Below are positions 34,591 through 37,783 of a stretch of DNA of 37,783 bases, in pieces (within the stretch, counting starts at the first letter, position 1; each line of letters begins with the position of its first letter). The DNA comes from a virus (taxonomy: Duplodnaviria; Caudoviricetes): positions 1 to 37,783 of the IMG/VR virus record IMGVR_UViG_3300048851_000198; one strand, given 5' to 3'. The notes beneath the pieces were generated by a model. It was given only the letters and a program-made list of their open reading frames with translations, did not search any database and was not told where the DNA came from. The translations under genes and the position numbers were made by a program.

Positions 34591-34815
34591 ATGGCTAAAT
34601 TAACTTACTGGATTGCAAAGCGCACAAACGATAGCAACTGTTATTCATTGCGCGCAAAGACTAAAAAAGAATGTCAAGAACAAATAGATAAAGCAATCGC
34701 CGACGGACTGGACAAAGACGACTTCGACGCTCCAAAAAAAGTGTCCATAGAATACCGCGATGCGTTTGATTTGATGCTGGAGTGTTCAACCGAAGGCAGA
34801 GGGTGGTGGGAATGA
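34591..34815 (+). CDS. Phage early hypothetical protein
   Basis: SD GGGAG; LTYW.A....S.CYS.RAKT.KE...Y.DAFDL. Confidence 0.75.
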   Translation: MAKLTYWIAKRTNDSNCYSLRAKTKKECQEQIDKAIADGLDKDDFDAPKKVSIEYRDAFDLMLECSTEGRGWWE

Positions 34816-35042
34816 CCGACCTGAAAACAATCCGCGCTGATCTAGGCGTATCACATAAGGACATTGGAGACGGTACTGGCGTAAAGAAGCAGTATGTCTA
34901 TGAGTTGGAAATCAGGGACAAGCCTTTGCCGCCGAAGTTTAAGGGCAATCTATTAGCCTGGCTGAAACTGGAACTTGCAGGGCTTAAAGAAAAGCGAAAA
35001 ATAATCAATAAAATAATTAGAAAACTTGAAGATAATGCTTGA
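34812..35042 (+). CDS. XRE/Cro-like HTH protein (start 34812)
   Basis: LKTIRADLGVSHKDIGDGTGVKKQYVYELE. Confidence 0.75.
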   Translation: MTDLKTIRADLGVSHKDIGDGTGVKKQYVYELEIRDKPLPPKFKGNLLAWLKLELAGLKEKRKIINKIIRKLEDNA

Positions 35043-35067
35043 CTGTTGGTAATGCTTATGGCATAGT
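35039..35067 (+). promoter_or_regulatory. Sigma70-type early promoter, copy 2
   Basis: TTGACT-N17-CATAGT; spacer shares TTGGTAATGCTT with copy 1. Confidence 0.75.
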
Positions 35068-35095
35068 AATGAAGTCAAACACAGAGGAGATACCA

Positions 35096-35230
35096 ATGTT
35101 CACCAAAGCAGAATTTAAAGAAGTATACGCCGACTTCCAAACTAAAGAGGGCCGCGATGAAGCAATTCAGTGGTTTCTATTTCACTGGGAACACGTTGGT
35201 GACGCCCTTCGCATAGCAGCGGAGGAATAA
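35096..35230 (+). CDS. Small early protein (start 35096)
   Basis: SD GAGGAG. Confidence 0.65.
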   Translation: MFTKAEFKEVYADFQTKEGRDEAIQWFLFHWEHVGDALRIAAEE

Positions 35231-35232
35231 CC

Positions 35233-35439
35233 ATGTATCATTTTAACAGACTGTCCCTAATGGCAATGCAAGCGAAAACCGCATATAACCGAGGCGAAGT
35301 AGGCAAAGCCAAGGCATTATTGACGGAGATTGAACAGCTTGCGGCCCATGGCTGGAACGAGATTACAGACGAGCAAGATCGTGTTATTGACATGGAAGAT
35401 ATACTGCGAACCCCTGCAAACCAGAACCCGAAAGGATAA
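35233..35439 (+). CDS. Small early protein
   Basis: SD GGAGG. Confidence 0.65.
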   Translation: MYHFNRLSLMAMQAKTAYNRGEVGKAKALLTEIEQLAAHGWNEITDEQDRVIDMEDILRTPANQNPKG

Positions 35440-35691
35440 GTGATGACCGAAAACGAATGGCAACCAATTGAAACAGCCCCATTTGGCGAAGTATTAGAAG
35501 TTAAGAACGATCAGATGGACGAGCCGTGTCTAGCAAGTAGAGGTTATGTAAGCAGAGGAATGGTTAATCCTAATTTTGATTTATTCACATCTATTTACAC
35601 GCCTGACCCATTTTTTCCTACTCCAGCAGGCCGACTTGTTTGCCCGAAGGTTTGGCGAAAAGCACCGGAAAGCGAAAGCCATGACCTGTAA
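35440..35691 (+). CDS. Phage protein with WQPIETAP motif (DUF551-like)
   Basis: EWQPIETAP...P..WR. Confidence 0.75.
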   Translation: MMTENEWQPIETAPFGEVLEVKNDQMDEPCLASRGYVSRGMVNPNFDLFTSIYTPDPFFPTPAGRLVCPKVWRKAPESESHDL

Positions 35692-35735
35692 CTGCGGAGA
35701 ACACTGGACACACTTATGCGAATGCGAGGATTACG

Positions 35736-35960
35736 ATGACTAATATTGAGGTTTCAGAACTAGAAGTGAGGTTTGGTATACTATATCCCTCTTTAGAGAT
35801 TCAACTAAAGGGATATGGCTTGGATAAAGCGTTTACAATAAAATGTGAGTCTCAACGAAAAGCGATAAACTTACTTGTGTTCGGTGGTCTGATAAGCTCA
35901 TCTCAGGCTGATAAATGTTTTTCTAGGCTGTTTAAAAATATCATGAAAGCGATAAAATGA
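35736..35960 (+). CDS. Small early protein
   Basis: SD GAGGA. Confidence 0.65.
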   Translation: MTNIEVSELEVRFGILYPSLEIQLKGYGLDKAFTIKCESQRKAINLLVFGGLISSSQADKCFSRLFKNIMKAIK

Positions 35961-36265
35961 CATTGGAAATTAAAGCTGGCGTTGCTTATAGAACGCGTGG
36001 TGGTGATAGGGTTGTGTTAAGAAAGATTAGGAATGAAGCTTATTTGGAAAGCGATAAATGGGATTATGGGCAAGATGGAAAGGTTTTCGGTAATGATGCT
36101 CATCGTGATGACATCGTTGCCCTATGGGACGAACCCAAAGAACCTAAACCGCTTCCCACCATATACGACTGCATAGCATTACTTGAACACGAGAAAGACT
36201 GCTTGACCGCGCTAGCAAAGCTAAGAACGCTGGCACTACAACACGAAAGAGGAATACATGACTAA
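35957..36265 (+). CDS. Phage hypothetical protein
   Basis: G..YRTRGG...DIVALW motif; ATGA overlap. Confidence 0.7.
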   Translation: MTLEIKAGVAYRTRGGDRVVLRKIRNEAYLESDKWDYGQDGKVFGNDAHRDDIVALWDEPKEPKPLPTIYDCIALLEHEKDCLTALAKLRTLALQHERGIHD

Positions 36266-36407
36266 GAGAATATCTATGAATGACCGCAGACGTAAAGCGG
36301 TTTGCGCGGCAATTGATTTCATTACCACGACCTTGGAATCAGCGACGGAGGAAAGCCAAAACCCCTACTTTGAAACCATAGACGTTTTGGAGGGAATGTT
36401 GAAATGA
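36258..36407 (+). CDS. Small hypothetical protein (49 aa), not in the ORF track
   Basis: SD GAGGA; open frame filling the gap. Confidence 0.5.
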   Translation: MTKRISMNDRRRKAVCAAIDFITTTLESATEESQNPYFETIDVLEGMLK

Positions 36408-36449
36408 AAAAGCTGGACGCTGTTAAATTACCTGTAGTAGGAGGGATCA

Positions 36450-37058
36450 ATGACTGAATTACCTGACGTTATTTATGCTGGCATATACCATGACGATGTA
36501 CCGCTAAAAGAATGGCGTGAAACAAAAATGACAGGTTCGACCAAATACATCCGTGCTGACGCAATCCCTCACGTTTCGATAGACATAGACGCTATTCATG
36601 CGAAACCGAAGGATGGGGAAGCGTGTCTTGATTGCGGTAGTGAAATGAGGCTGGTTTGTTCTGGTCTGGAAAAGATGGTTAAAAAGGAAGATGCTGGAAA
36701 ATGTGTTGTCGGAACAAAGTATGAGCCTCGGGGCCGTGCATTATCCCAGCCATTGCCATCGCCTGACCCTGTAAAGCAACTACTGCGCGAGGCTTTGGCC
36801 GAGCTGGTAGAATTACAGTCTTCTGCCCTAGCCGTTAAGATGCGCTCCGAATGTATCACAGACACATGGTGCGATGCCGACGTAAAAATCTTGTACGAAC
36901 GTGTCGGATATGGGGCGGTGATGGATAGCGCAGCCCGTCAGTGGTTTATCAAAGACGGCAAAGGCGGATCACACACTACCTATCATTGTTATTCCGTTGT
37001 GAAACAGGTCACTGAACGGGCACAAGAAGCACTAGCAGCATCGGAGGTCCAACCGTGA
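36450..37058 (+). CDS. Mosaic phage hypothetical protein
   Basis: SD AGGAGG; P..IY...YIRAD motif. Confidence 0.7.
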   Translation: MTELPDVIYAGIYHDDVPLKEWRETKMTGSTKYIRADAIPHVSIDIDAIHAKPKDGEACLDCGSEMRLVCSGLEKMVKKEDAGKCVVGTKYEPRGRALSQPLPSPDPVKQLLREALAELVELQSSALAVKMRSECITDTWCDADVKILYERVGYGAVMDSAARQWFIKDGKGGSHTTYHCYSVVKQVTERAQEALAASEVQP

Positions 37059-37339
37059 CACAATTAGAAAACACCGAACTGTTACCTGTAAAACTCGTAA
37101 ATCATGATGGTATAGGCTTATATATTCACGGCATCATGCCTGACGGTTCAGAAAACATGGTTATGGATTGCCGCATCGAATTGCGCGTCCGTGGCTGGGG
37201 TGGCTTAACAGGCAAGGGCGGTGGTCGTGGCCTAGACGATAACACCGCAATGGATATTCAAAAGATGTGGGCCGATGAAATTTGCAAACGGTATAATTCA
37301 TACGCCGCATCGGCCAAGGGTGACAAGTGCATAAAATAA
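37055..37339 (+). CDS. Phage hypothetical protein
   Basis: SD GGAGG; RVRGWG.LTG.GG..LD...A..IQ motif. Confidence 0.7.
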   Translation: MTQLENTELLPVKLVNHDGIGLYIHGIMPDGSENMVMDCRIELRVRGWGGLTGKGGGRGLDDNTAMDIQKMWADEICKRYNSYAASAKGDKCIK

Positions 37340-37548
37340 TCCTCGCCATATCGCTAACATCGTTCGTCTGGTTCTTCGCTGGCTATGCGTATCTGTATGG
37401 GTTTGTGCGTTCTGTTGATGCTGGCATAGAGCGGGATTATATTTCTATCAAGGCTGCGCGACTTGTGCTGGCTGATTACTACCTGTTACCGAAAAAGACC
37501 ACGGATTGCACTATGCTAGTGTGTTACCGCAACAAGGGGGATGAATGA
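37327..37548 (+). CDS. Small membrane protein
   Basis: N-terminal hydrophobic segment; operon context. Confidence 0.55.
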   Translation: MHKIILAISLTSFVWFFAGYAYLYGFVRSVDAGIERDYISIKAARLVLADYYLLPKKTTDCTMLVCYRNKGDE

Positions 37549-37783
37549 TGAATATAAATTATGTTTTGGGCTGGGTTTTATGGCTGTGTTTTCTTGGGGC
37601 GGCTGAAATAAAGCTTATGTGGAGCTTTGATAAGAAGCCGTTTCACAAAAAGGGGTGGTTATGATGAAAGAAGGTACGGGATCGGTTATTTATAGCGCAA
37701 CTTCGCCTTATGATGTTAGAGCAAGGAATTGTTGGGATGCTATGCGTGATGCTTTGCTAAAAGAAGTAAACGAGACGAAATAA

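Larger units (their letters stand above)
908..37783. mobile_element. Siphovirus genome/prophage with alphaproteobacterial-type core; true ends and att sites not visible
   Basis: Ordered recombination, replication, terminase, portal, capsid, tail, tape-measure and lysis genes; GapR homologue; no sheath gene. Confidence 0.93.

Noticed and set aside
1-37783. CRISPR array, diversity-generating retroelement, retron, invertible tail cassette, IS element or recoded genetic code
   Set aside because: No repeat-spacer array, reverse transcriptase, invertase or transposase seen; genes are intact in the standard code and use all three stop codons.

Overview
This window is a near-complete siphovirus genome or prophage (about 0.9-37.8 kb). 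The modules are a leftward recombination arm, a rightward replication arm, terminase-portal-head-tail genes, a SAR-endolysin/spanin lysis cassette and a cluster of small early genes. The core looks alphaproteobacterial: it encodes GapR, uses TTGAC-type sigma70 promoters and has clear Shine-Dalgarno (SD) sites. The left end (1-920) instead resembles a Bacteroidota integrative-element excisionase module. Eight AT-rich accessory cassettes are scattered through the genome, six of them antisense to the phage genes. Each has a Bacteroidota-type TAnnTTTG(-like) -7 box, usually 3-6 nt before a start codon with no SD. No cI/cro pair lies between the divergent early promoters. My leading hypothesis is a two-phylum element: lytic genes readable by a proteobacterial host, plus integration and cargo genes readable by a Bacteroidota carrier. 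Also present are two C4-like cloverleaf RNAs with paired downstream targets, other structured RNA elements, a -1 tail-chaperone frameshift and candidate defence/TA cargo. All family assignments come from motif recognition by eye; no database searches were run.
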